Shown: one piece after another, positions 37,417-47,809 of the stretch
Numbering within the stretch: the stretch's first letter is position 1
Layout: each line of letters opens with the position of its first letter
From: an uncultured Thiothrix sp.
GTDB taxonomy: Bacteria; Pseudomonadota; Gammaproteobacteria; Poriferisulfidales; GCA-002705445
Direction: 5' to 3'
Assembly (NCBI GenBank): GCA_902595225.1
Contig: CACJPG010000002.1
Location: forward strand, 65,151 to 129,150
Length of the DNA stretch: 64,000 nt
Made by a program: the position numbers and the translations under genes
The notes under the pieces: model-generated
What the model was told of the DNA's origin: nothing
Database searches by the model: none
Seen by the model: only the letters and a program-made list of their open reading frames with translations

Positions 37417-37977
37417 TTGGCTATGTTTATGTTAAAACAAATTTTAAAAATTTACTTATTCTTTTTTATTATGACCAACCAAGTTAGTGCAGAAGAAATA
37501 TTTAAAGATGATTTTGAAGACTCTTCAAAATGGAAATTTATTGCAGACGATGTCATGGGTGGATTATCAACTGGTAGTGTGGTTTATGAAATGGAAGAAG
37601 GAACATCAATCGCTTATCTTAATGGAGAAGTTACGACCGAAAACAATGGCGGTTTTATTCAATTACAAAGAAAATTGAAAGACGTTGATTTAGATCAAGC
37701 AAGGTTTATAAAAATTATTGCGAGAGGGAATAATCAAAAATATTTTATTCATTTACGAACCACAGGAACTATACTTCCTTGGCAATATTATCAATCCTCG
37801 TTTACAGTAAAAGAAAATTACCAAGAGTTTATTCTGCCACTAAATGAATTTAAACGATCTGGATCATTCCTATCAGATAAAGTAAAACCAAGAACCATCA
37901 AATCTATAGGAGTTGTAGCATTTGGTAGAGACCACGTGGCCAACCTATATGTTAAAGAAATTTCTTTTATAAAATAA
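37417..37977 (+). CDS. CIA30 (complex I intermediate-associated protein 30)-domain protein, secreted
   Basis: 186 aa. W.FI.DDVMGGLSTG and ...GGFIQL... are typical of CIA30. The start is uncertain (TTG 37417, or ATG 37423/37429). Confidence 0.6.
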   Translation: MAMFMLKQILKIYLFFFIMTNQVSAEEIFKDDFEDSSKWKFIADDVMGGLSTGSVVYEMEEGTSIAYLNGEVTTENNGGFIQLQRKLKDVDLDQARFIKIIARGNNQKYFIHLRTTGTILPWQYYQSSFTVKENYQEFILPLNEFKRSGSFLSDKVKPRTIKSIGVVAFGRDHVANLYVKEISFIK

Positions 37978-37985
37978 AAAATTAA

Positions 37986-38504
37986 ATGTTTAATAACCTA
38001 AAAAAAATAATATTAATCCTACCTTTCATAACAATGTTAAGTTGCTCAGAAAGTCATATTTTTTCAGATAAAAAAAATTTGAATGCTGCACTTAATGATT
38101 TATTTAAAGGCGATTTCTATTCTTGTAATTTAATTGATGATAATGATTTAGAAAATAAAAAAAATTCAAATACAACAGTAAATTTAATCTACACCGATAC
38201 CATGATTGGCTTAATTTATAAAAGAGATAAATGGGACCATGGAAATAGTATTTTTATAAAAAAAAATGAGAATGATAATGAGTTTGTTTTAAGTAGTTTT
38301 TATTCAGAAAGCGATTTTGATAGAAGCATTCTTAATATTAAACACACCGCTTACTTTGACAAGGAAAATTTAAAGGTAAATTTATTTGATTTAGTAAATC
38401 ATGATAATTATGGATGTATGAAGCTTGAAAAAATATTATCAGAAGCAATGAAAAAAGAAATATTAAAAAATTTTTTACTACAAAAAAACGCTGACAGGCA
38501 ATAA
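37986..38504 (+). CDS. lipoprotein of unknown function
   Basis: 172 aa with lipobox ITMLSC. Confidence 0.55.
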   Translation: MFNNLKKIILILPFITMLSCSESHIFSDKKNLNAALNDLFKGDFYSCNLIDDNDLENKKNSNTTVNLIYTDTMIGLIYKRDKWDHGNSIFIKKNENDNEFVLSSFYSESDFDRSILNIKHTAYFDKENLKVNLFDLVNHDNYGCMKLEKILSEAMKKEILKNFLLQKNADRQ

Positions 38505-38588
38505 ATAAAAAAAATGACAAATCAATTATAATTCAATAATATATATTTGATTCGATAAAACAATTAGAAAAGTTACAAGGAGATTAAT

Positions 38589-38903
38589 ATGGCAGGGGCA
38601 TCAGAAGCTGGAGAAGTTGTAAAAGCAAAATTTAGCTTCAGTAAAAAAGATAATAAGAGGCAGAATGATTATTGCTTAGGTGGAGAAATTTGGAAAAATG
38701 TTCCAAATACAGACTTTGCCTACTATTCAACCCATGGTAGATTTTCGTCTTCAAAAGACGTTGGTTTCCCTGGAAATGGATGCATTCTATGTACTGAAGA
38801 TGAGCTTAAAAAAGAAGTTAATGAGTGGGCAGATCCTGATAATTCTGGTAAAGATTTCTTTACTTTATGGATGGCTCAGGCAAAGGAGAGCGAAGAAGAA
38901 TAA
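38589..38903 (+). CDS. hypothetical protein
   Basis: 104 aa with a good SD (aaggag) upstream. No recognisable domain. Confidence 0.5.
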   Translation: MAGASEAGEVVKAKFSFSKKDNKRQNDYCLGGEIWKNVPNTDFAYYSTHGRFSSSKDVGFPGNGCILCTEDELKKEVNEWADPDNSGKDFFTLWMAQAKESEEE

Positions 38904-38906
38904 TTT

Positions 38907-39599
38907 TTGAATTCAATAATGCTTAGAAATACCTTTTTCATCTTATTAACAATAATCAATCTAAATTCTTTTGCAAATGATTTTCAAAGCAATTTGCACG
39001 CAAGTTATATTTTTTATTATAAAAATATGGCAGCTGGCACAATGGATTTAAAAATGCAGAATGATAATAATGATTTTATTGTTAGCACAACATACGATGG
39101 AAATTTCATAGCATCATTAGCAAGCAAAGGATTTCGAGAAGAGAAAGTATATTTAAAAAGAAAAGATGGAAATTTGATTCCTAAAAGGTATACGTATATT
39201 GATGAAAAAGAATCTTACGAAGTTATTTTTGAAGGAAAGAGAGCAAAAATAATCAGTGATTCTTCTGAAACCATCAGTCTTGAGTCAAGAAACTTAATAT
39301 ATGATCCTATATCGATGTTGGTTTTACTAATGCAAAATTCTAATTATGCTGATCAAGCATATAGTGTAATTTCCAAAAAAAAATTAAAGATATATGATTA
39401 TAAATTTCGAAATGATGTTATATATTCAATTAATGGAAAGAACTTTAATTGTTATTCCGCAGAGTATACTTCAGGAAATAAAACTAATTACTTCTTCTTC
39501 TCTAAAGATCATAATAATTTGCTAATTTCAATGAGAATAGATAAGAATAAAAAGGAAAAAATTAGAATTGATTTATCAGACATACACAGTTTAAATTAG
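38907..39599 (+). CDS. secreted hypothetical protein (possibly DUF3108-like)
   Basis: 230 aa with a signal peptide. The beta-rich Y/N/K composition gives only a weak family guess. Confidence 0.45.
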   Translation: MNSIMLRNTFFILLTIINLNSFANDFQSNLHASYIFYYKNMAAGTMDLKMQNDNNDFIVSTTYDGNFIASLASKGFREEKVYLKRKDGNLIPKRYTYIDEKESYEVIFEGKRAKIISDSSETISLESRNLIYDPISMLVLLMQNSNYADQAYSVISKKKLKIYDYKFRNDVIYSINGKNFNCYSAEYTSGNKTNYFFFSKDHNNLLISMRIDKNKKEKIRIDLSDIHSLN

Positions 39600-39613
39600 G
39601 CCTTTAAAATTAT

Positions 39614-40612
39614 ATGGATCCATTATCACAAGGAATAGTAGGCTCAGTTGCGGCTCAACAAAAAAATAGTAAAGAAAAAATTTTGCTAATTACTATAATT
39701 GGTTTTCTTTCTGGGATGGCTCCTGATCTAGACGTATTTATAAGATCTAGTCATGACCCTCTTTTGGCAATTGAATTTCATAGACAATTTACTCATTCCC
39801 TTATTTTTATACCTTTTGGCGGACTTATATGCGGGACTTTCTTTTACTATGTTCTGACCAATAGAAGAGGTATGTCGTTCAAGGAGACCTATCTCTATTG
39901 CACGCTCGCTTATGCCTCGCATGGGATTTTAGACGCATGTACATCCTATGGGACTCAGCTTTTTTGGCCATTCAGCGATTTTAGAGTTGCATGGAATACC
40001 ATATCTATTGTTGACCCAATTTTTACTATTGTACTATTTATGTTCGTTTTTTTATCAATTTTTAAGAGAAATATGATATTTGCTAGGATTGCATTTATTT
40101 GGGTAATAACATATATGTCTATAGGACTAATTCAACATAATAGAGCTGAAAATATCGGACTTCTTAATGCCAAATCTAGAGACCACATTCCTTTGAGAAT
40201 CGAGGTGAAACCGAGTTTAGCAAATTTACTTGTCTGGAAAGTTATATACGAGACAGATGAAAAGTATTATGTTGATGCTATAAAAGTAGGGTTTAATACT
40301 AAAGTTATTGAGGGAACAAGCATAGATAAACTTAATGTTGAAAATTCTTTCCCGTGGCTTGACCTTAATTCACAACAATCAAAAGATATAGAACGTTTTA
40401 GCTGGTTTTCAGGAGGCTACCTAGCAATATCAAAATATAACCCTAATAGGATTATTGATATAAGATATTCAATGCTTCCAAATGAAATTCACGGACTTTG
40501 GGGTATTGAAATTGAAAAAAATATTGAAAAAAACCAACACGTAAAATACTTTTTTAACAGAGAGAATAATTCTGAAGCGCTAAAAGAATTATGGAGTATA
40601 TTAATAAATTAA
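39614..40612 (+). CDS. membrane-bound metal-dependent hydrolase (DUF457/YbcI-YdjM-like)
   Basis: 332 aa with MDPLSQGIVG...GMAPDLDVFI..., a His-rich polytopic N-domain. Confidence 0.6.
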   Translation: MDPLSQGIVGSVAAQQKNSKEKILLITIIGFLSGMAPDLDVFIRSSHDPLLAIEFHRQFTHSLIFIPFGGLICGTFFYYVLTNRRGMSFKETYLYCTLAYASHGILDACTSYGTQLFWPFSDFRVAWNTISIVDPIFTIVLFMFVFLSIFKRNMIFARIAFIWVITYMSIGLIQHNRAENIGLLNAKSRDHIPLRIEVKPSLANLLVWKVIYETDEKYYVDAIKVGFNTKVIEGTSIDKLNVENSFPWLDLNSQQSKDIERFSWFSGGYLAISKYNPNRIIDIRYSMLPNEIHGLWGIEIEKNIEKNQHVKYFFNRENNSEALKELWSILIN

Positions 40613-40628
40613 TTTAGAAGGATTTAAA

Positions 40629-41324
40629 ATGGATAAACAAGTAATTGCAATTGGCGGGGGTGGTTTTGGAAGAAATCCAGGCTTGGGGATTATAGAAAAA
40701 TATATTTTAGACCAATCAAAAAAAAAGAATCCAAATATATGTTTTATTCCCACTGCGACAGGTGATGATGAATCATATAAAGTTAGCTATTATTCAACTT
40801 TCAGTAAACTCGAATGTAACCCAACTCATTTAGACTTTTTCAAGCGTACACCCAATCTTGAAGATTTAATTCTATCGCAAGATGTAATTTTTGTTGGAGG
40901 AGGAAATACAAAAAGCATGTTATCTGTTTGGCGAGAGTGGGGCTTACACAATATTTTGGAAGTAGGTTACGATAATGGAATAGTAATGAGTGGTGTTAGT
41001 GCCGGTGCAATATGTTGGTTTAATCAAGGCATTACCGATTCATGGGCAGATCAATTAAATATTATAGATTGCCTGGGATTTATTGAGGGTAATTGTTGCC
41101 CTCACTATGATGAAGAATCTGAGCGAAGACCATCGTTAATCAAATTCTTAGAACAGCAGAAATTAAAAGATTGTTATGCTATAGAGGGAGGATGTGCTTT
41201 GCATATTAAAAATGATAATGTATATTCAGCAGTATCTTTCCAAGGAAGTAAAAAGTCTTATCTGGTCGATTTAAAAGATGGGGAGATTAGAGAAAATATT
41301 TGTTCAACAATAAAAATACCTTAA
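40629..41324 (+). CDS. peptidase E-like (S51 family) protein
   Basis: 231 aa with ...FIPTATGD..., ...FVGGGNT..., ...SGVSAGAICW.... Confidence 0.7.
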   Translation: MDKQVIAIGGGGFGRNPGLGIIEKYILDQSKKKNPNICFIPTATGDDESYKVSYYSTFSKLECNPTHLDFFKRTPNLEDLILSQDVIFVGGGNTKSMLSVWREWGLHNILEVGYDNGIVMSGVSAGAICWFNQGITDSWADQLNIIDCLGFIEGNCCPHYDEESERRPSLIKFLEQQKLKDCYAIEGGCALHIKNDNVYSAVSFQGSKKSYLVDLKDGEIRENICSTIKIP

Positions 41325-41340
41325 CCATGAGGGATAGAAA

Positions 41341-41682
41341 ATGAGTATACCTATTATTATTATGGCCTCAACAACTATGTTGTTAGCAGCATACATTGGC
41401 ATTGTTGTTTTTAGAATTAAAAATAATAATTTAACAACTTCAAAATACATAAACCTAGCATTTTCATTTGCATTAATTGCTTTTAAATCTTACATTCAAA
41501 CTGGCAAAGGTTTTGAACTATTGAGCGCCATAGGGCAGTCAATTGGATTTGTATATATGTTTATTGTTCCAGCATTTATAGTTGTTTTTTTGGCAAATAA
41601 ATTTAAATTTAATATGGATGAATTTATGAGTGCGTGGTTCTTTACGCAGATATGCTGTCTTTTTGTTATATCCACTCATTAA
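41341..41682 (+). CDS. small polytopic membrane protein
   Basis: 113 aa with 3-4 TM segments. Confidence 0.5.
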   Translation: MSIPIIIMASTTMLLAAYIGIVVFRIKNNNLTTSKYINLAFSFALIAFKSYIQTGKGFELLSAIGQSIGFVYMFIVPAFIVVFLANKFKFNMDEFMSAWFFTQICCLFVISTH

Positions 41683-41716
41683 GTTCATTTAATAATATTA
41701 AAAAATGGAGTAAATA

Positions 41717-42103
41717 GTGTCAGAGAGTATATTTTATAGTTTTAAAAAATTTGACGAAAATGAATTTTTCTTTGCCCTCAGAGATGGCTATCCTGTAACA
41801 CCTCTTCATACTTTAATTGTTCCGCAAAGGCATATAATTTCTTATTTCGAACTGAATCCTGTTGAGCATCAAAATCTTTTTCCGTTTTTAGAGAGGCAAA
41901 AAAACAAAATTTTAAGCGAAGACCCATCAGTTACTGCTTTTAATATTGGTATTAATGATGGTCCTGATGCTGGTCGTAGTGTACATCACCTTCACATTCA
42001 TTTAATCCCAAGAAGACCAGGGGACATTGAAAATCCACAAGGAGGTGTTCGTGGTGTTATACCAAGTAAACAAAAATATACAAAAAAGGATCTTAAAAAA
42101 TGA
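41717..42103 (+). CDS. HIT family hydrolase
   Basis: 128 aa, GTG start, histidine triad HHLHIHLIP. Confidence 0.8.
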   Translation: MSESIFYSFKKFDENEFFFALRDGYPVTPLHTLIVPQRHIISYFELNPVEHQNLFPFLERQKNKILSEDPSVTAFNIGINDGPDAGRSVHHLHIHLIPRRPGDIENPQGGVRGVIPSKQKYTKKDLKK

Positions 42104-42615
42104 GTGAAACCCCGCAACAGGAAAAAACATTATTCATGACAAGGTTAATGACACCAGATATGTCAAATTTCTCAGGAAAAGTTCATGGAGGAACAATACT
42201 AAAATTACTAGATGAAGCAGCGTTCACATGTGCATCCCGATACTGTAAAACATATGTGGTTACAAAATCATTAGATCAAGTTGTATTTAAAAAACCGATA
42301 GAGGTTGGGGATTTAATGACCTTCAAATGTAATATTAATTATGTTGGAAAAACATCTATGGAAGTGGGAATTAGGGTTGAGGGAGAGAGAATAAAAGAGA
42401 AAATTGAGTATCACGCAATCTCAAGCTATTTTACGATGGTTTCAGTAGATGATGAAGGAAAGCCAATAGAAGTACCTAGATTACAACTGAATTCAGAAGT
42501 TGAAAAAAAACTTTTTGAAGCGGGGAAAATGCGTTTTGCTATGCGAAAAGAAATTCAAGAGAGAAATAAAAAACTTCATGTGAGTCTTGATAATTGGATT
42601 AACATTTGGAAATAA
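42100..42615 (+). CDS. acyl-CoA thioesterase (hotdog fold, YciA-like)
   Basis: 171 aa with ...N..G.VHGGTILKLLDEAAF.CASRY.... Confidence 0.75.
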   Translation: MSETPQQEKTLFMTRLMTPDMSNFSGKVHGGTILKLLDEAAFTCASRYCKTYVVTKSLDQVVFKKPIEVGDLMTFKCNINYVGKTSMEVGIRVEGERIKEKIEYHAISSYFTMVSVDDEGKPIEVPRLQLNSEVEKKLFEAGKMRFAMRKEIQERNKKLHVSLDNWINIWK

Positions 42616-42778
42616 TACTTTCATATACAAAAAATTTATTCTTTACCAAAATTATATTAATAATTTTAAAATCTAATAAAATCATATATTTATAACAAAA
42701 TTCAATCTATTAATGATGAAATTTCTCCATTATGCTAAAATAGCTGTGGCTAAATCATAAAAAACTATTTAAAAATTC

Positions 42779-45598
42779 ATGAGTGATTTTCTTAAAAATT
42801 ATGATGCGATTACAGATTCGCAACTAAGGTCTTGCGTCAAGCTACTAGGCAAGTTGCTTGGTAATGCAATTAAATTGCATGCTGGAAAAGATGTTTATGC
42901 GGTTGTCGAAAAACTTAGGAAAGGGTTTATTAATTTACAAGAAAACCATGATAAAAAACAGCATGATCAATTAATAAAATATATTGAAAAACTTGATCCA
43001 GAAACACTTAAAAACGTGGTTAGATCTTTCTCAAAGTATTTTGCTTTGGTTAATGTTGCTGAGGAAGCATATCAACATATTCATAGGGAAAGTTTAATAA
43101 TATCAGGTAAATCAGGATCAGCATTATGGGAAGGATCCTTTGATCATACTTTGAAAGATTGTAAATCTCATGGAATTACTATTAGTGATTTGCAAAAGCT
43201 TTATCAAAGTCTGCAATTTATTCCGGTTTTTACAGCACACCCAACAGAAGCCATGCGAAGAAGTAAAATGGAAGCAACAAGGCGAATTTTTGCAACGATT
43301 TTAGAGCTTCATATGTATAGAGGACAGTCAATACGTAAAGAAGAAATAATTAAAAAGCTTGAAGCACAAATTTTAATTCTTTGGAAAACAGATGAAGTTA
43401 GAATGAAAAAACCGACAGTGGAAGATGAAGTAAGAAATGGGCTTTATTATTTTAACACTTCTTTGTTTAAAGCAGTTCCACAGATGTATAGAGATTTGGA
43501 AAATGCTACAAAAAGAATCTATTGTGATTCTATGAGTGTAAGCTCGATAAAAGTTCCAAGTTTTCTGAGGTTTGGGTCATGGATTGGCGGAGACCGCGAT
43601 GGAAACCCATATGTTACCCCAGAAGTAACGCAGAAAGCTGTTTATATGCATTCGAAAACAGCACTAAAAGAATATATTAAGAGAGCGCAACAACTATCTA
43701 GATTTATGACTCATTCAGATCAGCTTGTAAGGCCTTCAAAGGAATTTTTAGATTCTTTAGAAAAAGATAATAAATTTTTGGAGCAAGCTTTTTATAAGAA
43801 GAGTAGCACGTTTCCAAAAGAACCATATCGAAGAAAGTTTAAGATAATCAGTTATAGGCTAAATGAGTCTTTACAAAGGATTATTGATTTACAAGATAGC
43901 AAAGAGTCATTAGACAGGCCTAATTGTTATACCTGTGAGAAAGAACTACTTCAAGATTTATATTGTATTCGAGATTCGCTTAATCAAGACGGGGATAGAG
44001 TAATTCTAGAATTTGGGCTAGATGATTTTATAAGACTTGTCGAGACATTTGGATTTTTCTTAGTTAATCTTGATATTAGAGAAGAGTCAACGAAACATTC
44101 CCTAGTTATAAAAACATTGGTTAAGAATCTTAATAAAAAAGACTACGATTCATTATCAGAGGGTGAAAAAGTAGACTTACTAACACGTATTCTCGATTCA
44201 AAAGATACATATTCTAATCAATATGAATTGTTACCAGACGAACAGAAGTTAGTTGTTGATGTATTCAAGACAATGATTTTATTAAGAGAACAAGTAAGTG
44301 AGGAAGCTTTTGGGCATTACATCATATCCATGACACATGATGCTAGTCATGTATTAGAAGTTATGGTTTTAGCAAAGATGGCTGGTTTATTAGGAAGGAC
44401 TGATGATGGGAGATTATTCTGTGATATTTTAATAACTCCTCTTTTTGAAACAATAGATGATTTGGCAAGAATAAAAAATATCTTAGAATCGCTATTTTCA
44501 AATGACGTTTATATTAAATTCCTACAATGCCATGAAGATAATTTGCAGGAAGTAATGCTTGGTTATTCAGATTCATGTAAAGATGGAGGGATTCTTGCTT
44601 CATCATTTGGACTATATGAAGCTCAACAAGAGATTATAGAAATATCAAAAAAATTTGGAATTGAATGTAAAATTTTCCATGGTAGAGGCGGAACAGTCGG
44701 AAGAGGAGGAGGTCCAACACATAACTCAATATTAGCCCAGCCTGCAAAAACAGTTAATGGAAAAATAAAAATTACAGAACAAGGAGAGGTTTTATCCTAC
44801 AAATATGCTCAATATGAAACTGCCTGTTACGAGTTAGAGATGGCAATTGGAGGGCTAATCAAAGCAAGCCAACATATAGTTGTAGAGCAGAAATTAGATG
44901 TCAAAGATTTTGAAAAAACAATGAGAATTATGAAAAAAACTGGTGAAGAGGAGTATCGTGATTTGACTGACAGAACTCCAGGACTCACAGATTATTTCTA
45001 CGAAGCAACACCAGTTCAGGAACTTGGCGAATTAAATATCGGCTCAAGGCCATCGCATAGAGCAAAGGGGGAAAGATCTAGATATTCAATAAGAGCAATA
45101 CCATGGGTTTTCGGTTGGTCATTATCTAGGCATACTTTGCCAGCGTGGTATGGGTTAGGCACTGCTCTTAAAAAAATTCATAGTGAAAGTGGCATTGAGG
45201 TTTTAAGAAAAATGTATAATGATTGGCCTTTTTTTCACATGATGATAGATAATATTGGTCAAGCTATAGCTAAAGCAGATTTAGCAATTGCTAAAGATTA
45301 TGCACTTCTCGCAAAAGATCAGAAGCAAGCTGTAAATATAATAAAAAAAATTGAAGAAGAATATATTTTAACTGAGAATTTAATGTTAGAAATAATTGAG
45401 TCAGACAGATTGTTGGAAGATAACAAAAAACTTGCATTGTCGTTATATAGAAGAAAACCTTATATGGACCCACTAAACTATATTCAGGTTATGCTTTTAA
45501 GAAAACATAGAAGTACTTCTTCCCATGATGACAAAGTATTTAATCCGTTATTGAGGACAATTCATGCAATAGCAGCAGGACTTAGGAATACTGGATAA
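42779..45598 (+). CDS. ppc: phosphoenolpyruvate carboxylase
   Basis: 939 aa with VFTAHPTE, GRGGTVGRGGGP, and a C-terminal ...RNTG. Confidence 0.97.
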   Translation: MSDFLKNYDAITDSQLRSCVKLLGKLLGNAIKLHAGKDVYAVVEKLRKGFINLQENHDKKQHDQLIKYIEKLDPETLKNVVRSFSKYFALVNVAEEAYQHIHRESLIISGKSGSALWEGSFDHTLKDCKSHGITISDLQKLYQSLQFIPVFTAHPTEAMRRSKMEATRRIFATILELHMYRGQSIRKEEIIKKLEAQILILWKTDEVRMKKPTVEDEVRNGLYYFNTSLFKAVPQMYRDLENATKRIYCDSMSVSSIKVPSFLRFGSWIGGDRDGNPYVTPEVTQKAVYMHSKTALKEYIKRAQQLSRFMTHSDQLVRPSKEFLDSLEKDNKFLEQAFYKKSSTFPKEPYRRKFKIISYRLNESLQRIIDLQDSKESLDRPNCYTCEKELLQDLYCIRDSLNQDGDRVILEFGLDDFIRLVETFGFFLVNLDIREESTKHSLVIKTLVKNLNKKDYDSLSEGEKVDLLTRILDSKDTYSNQYELLPDEQKLVVDVFKTMILLREQVSEEAFGHYIISMTHDASHVLEVMVLAKMAGLLGRTDDGRLFCDILITPLFETIDDLARIKNILESLFSNDVYIKFLQCHEDNLQEVMLGYSDSCKDGGILASSFGLYEAQQEIIEISKKFGIECKIFHGRGGTVGRGGGPTHNSILAQPAKTVNGKIKITEQGEVLSYKYAQYETACYELEMAIGGLIKASQHIVVEQKLDVKDFEKTMRIMKKTGEEEYRDLTDRTPGLTDYFYEATPVQELGELNIGSRPSHRAKGERSRYSIRAIPWVFGWSLSRHTLPAWYGLGTALKKIHSESGIEVLRKMYNDWPFFHMMIDNIGQAIAKADLAIAKDYALLAKDQKQAVNIIKKIEEEYILTENLMLEIIESDRLLEDNKKLALSLYRRKPYMDPLNYIQVMLLRKHRSTSSHDDKVFNPLLRTIHAIAAGLRNTG

Positions 45599-45692
45599 GC
45601 CTTATTTGCAATTTTTCCTTTAAATGTTATATTAGATGTTCCTTAAGGCGCATCAAGCATGCGTAAAAAGCTTACCCAAAAGATAAAATTAG

Positions 45693-45968
45693 ATGGAGAT
45701 TTTTGCCATGAAAAAAATCTATAGGGGTACACTTTCATCAGATAAAAATGATGAGCCTAAGTTCAAAAAAGAAGGCAAGATTTATAGAGGTAGTTCAGCT
45801 TTAGTTGAAAGTAAATCTACACTTGCTGAAAAAAGCGACTTGGTTTACAGAGGAGTATCTGAAAACACAACTTATTATCAATTATCCAAGATTAGATCGT
45901 CTCATAGAAAAAGAAAATTGTATCATTCTGGATTAGAAATATTTGGGCAAAAGAAATACTTATATTAA
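45693..45968 (+). CDS. hypothetical protein with repeated (I/V)YRG motifs (DUF4278-like?)
   Basis: 91 aa with KIYRG x2 and LVYRG. Weak family guess. Confidence 0.4.
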   Translation: MEIFAMKKIYRGTLSSDKNDEPKFKKEGKIYRGSSALVESKSTLAEKSDLVYRGVSENTTYYQLSKIRSSHRKRKLYHSGLEIFGQKKYLY

Positions 45969-46558
45969 TTTTTTAGAGCTCTTTTTTCAGACTCTTCTGG
46001 TTCAAAAAGAGTTCTATCTGCTATAAGGCTTTCGATCTTTGCAAAGCCAATAAAAGTTAACCAAAGTGTCATATATGGTTTTTGTAAATCATACGATTCA
46101 AAGCCAGTGCCTTCACCATACCCATCACCACTTGCATAAACCACTGTTGCCTCTTTGCCTCCCATCAAGCCACTATACCCGTCTTCAGGTGTATAGCTCC
46201 ATGAGAGCCCTGGTTGAGTAACAATATCAATGTAATGTTTCAATTTATATGGGATGCTGAAATTCCACATCGGAACACTAAAAATATAATGGTCTGCATC
46301 TTGAAATTCATTAAAAATATCAATAACTTTTGCCCATGCATTATTTTCTTCAGCAGAAGCGTCAGTACCAGCGATAGCTGCATATTTTGCATTCAGCATG
46401 TCACCATCAAATTCAGGCAAATCATAATTCCAAAGATCAATTTTTTTTACTTCATATTCATTATCTTTATTAAATTTATCAATATATTTTTTTGTTACAT
46501 TAATAGAATGTGATCTGTCTTTTCTTGGGGAAGCTTCTATATAAAGGATCTTTTTCAT
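45965..46558 (-). CDS. azoR: FMN-dependent NADH-azoreductase
   Basis: 197 aa flavodoxin-like protein with MKKILYIEASPR...S and ...P.WNFSIP..LK.YID.... Confidence 0.75.
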   Translation of the reverse strand: MKKILYIEASPRKDRSHSINVTKKYIDKFNKDNEYEVKKIDLWNYDLPEFDGDMLNAKYAAIAGTDASAEENNAWAKVIDIFNEFQDADHYIFSVPMWNFSIPYKLKHYIDIVTQPGLSWSYTPEDGYSGLMGGKEATVVYASGDGYGEGTGFESYDLQKPYMTLWLTFIGFAKIESLIADRTLFEPEESEKRALKN

Positions 46559-46760
46559 TTTTACACCTAATTTATTATTGTTATAAAATTATAATATAAA
46601 AAAACTTAGATAATGTAAATAAGAAACATTCTCAAAAAAATATAAATAAAAACAGTAATTTGCAAAGTTTTAGAAAAAAATAATAAATAAATTAACTTGA
46701 AATTTTTGAAATGTATATCGCTTATTTTTTTATAAATCTTTTTGGTAGATTAATACATAA

Positions 46761-46982
46761 TTATTTATCAACTTTTCTGTCTTCAAGTTTTCTTAACGAA
46801 TACAAAGTAAAGGATCTAGTATCTATATTATTTGGTTTATTATTTAATTCAATTTTTTTAGTTAATCTCCATCCAAGCTTTCTGTAATTATTTAGAATAA
46901 AAGCACTTTCTTTCCTATACTTTTTTTGTTTCCACCAGGATGAGTTTTTTGTTACTAGCTCAATTTCTTTGTAAATGTACAT
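46761..46982 (-). CDS. hypothetical protein
   Basis: 73 aa ORF in an AT-rich spacer. No motif. Confidence 0.3.
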   Translation of the reverse strand: MYIYKEIELVTKNSSWWKQKKYRKESAFILNNYRKLGWRLTKKIELNNKPNNIDTRSFTLYSLRKLEDRKVDK

Positions 46983-47057
46983 ATTCAGTATTTTAAGTTA
47001 TTTTAAATATTTGATAATATTTACATAATATATAAACTTTTAAACATAGGTATTAGT

Positions 47058-47447
47058 TTGGCAAAAATATCACTTTGGATTGTAAGGCTTACATTAGGAA
47101 TATCTTTCTTCCTTCATGGTTGGGGAAAATTCCCATATCCCCCAGAAAGATTTGCATCATGGCTTGAGAGTATCGATATGATTGCACCAATGACCATTGC
47201 AACTCTCGTTGCCGTTGGGGAGATGGCTGCTGGAATTGGAATAATCCTTGGGGGTTTTATTGCTGGGCAAATTGGAAATCTCATCACTCGACTATCTGCA
47301 CTTGGTATCTTTATAATAATGATCGGAGCATTTTACTTGGCCCATCCAGACTGGTTTATAAATGAGAAGCTTTTTAAAAGCGAACAAATATACATTTTCG
47401 TTTTAAGCATATTCTTCTTGATAAATGGTAATAAAAATTTTAAATAG
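47058..47447 (+). CDS. DoxX family membrane protein
   Basis: 129 aa, TTG start, ...LGISFFLHGWGKF..., 4 TM segments. Confidence 0.6.
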   Translation: MAKISLWIVRLTLGISFFLHGWGKFPYPPERFASWLESIDMIAPMTIATLVAVGEMAAGIGIILGGFIAGQIGNLITRLSALGIFIIMIGAFYLAHPDWFINEKLFKSEQIYIFVLSIFFLINGNKNFK

Positions 47448-47461
47448 GATTTTTTATTTTT

Positions 47462-47809
47462 ATGAAAACTAAAGTTTATTTTAATAATTCATGTTCAATT
47501 TGCCGTGCAGAAATAAATAATTATAAGAAACATTGCAACAATGATATTGATTGGGTTGATATATCAACATGCAAAGATTCTGAGAAACAAACAGGATTAA
47601 ATGTCGATAATTTATACAGAAGAATGCATGTTATTGAAGATGGAAAGCTTGTTTCAGGATCAAAATCTTTTCTAATAATCTGGGGAAAAATACCAAAATA
47701 TAAATTTCTTAAAAGATTTTTTGAAAATCCCATCATATTCCCTATATTTAATATTTTTTATGAAATAGTTGCCTACTTTTTATACTTAAAAAGTAAATTA
47801 AAAAGATGA
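47462..47809 (+). CDS. DCC1-like thiol-disulfide oxidoreductase (DUF393)
   Basis: 115 aa with an N-terminal CSIC (CxxC) motif and the family-typical length. Confidence 0.55.
   Translation: MKTKVYFNNSCSICRAEINNYKKHCNNDIDWVDISTCKDSEKQTGLNVDNLYRRMHVIEDGKLVSGSKSFLIIWGKIPKYKFLKRFFENPIIFPIFNIFYEIVAYFLYLKSKLKR

Noticed and set aside
45599-45692. A small hairpin (CGCAT-caagc-ATGCG) after ppc as a terminator
   Set aside because: The stem is only 5 bp and has no T-tract, which is too weak to annotate.
46214-46513. Track ORF 46214-46513 (+), and other antisense ORFs in azoR, trpS, ctpA, ntrC and glnA (49742-50131, 52644-53270, 56884-57945, 60006-60915)
   Set aside because: These are antisense shadows of strongly supported genes.
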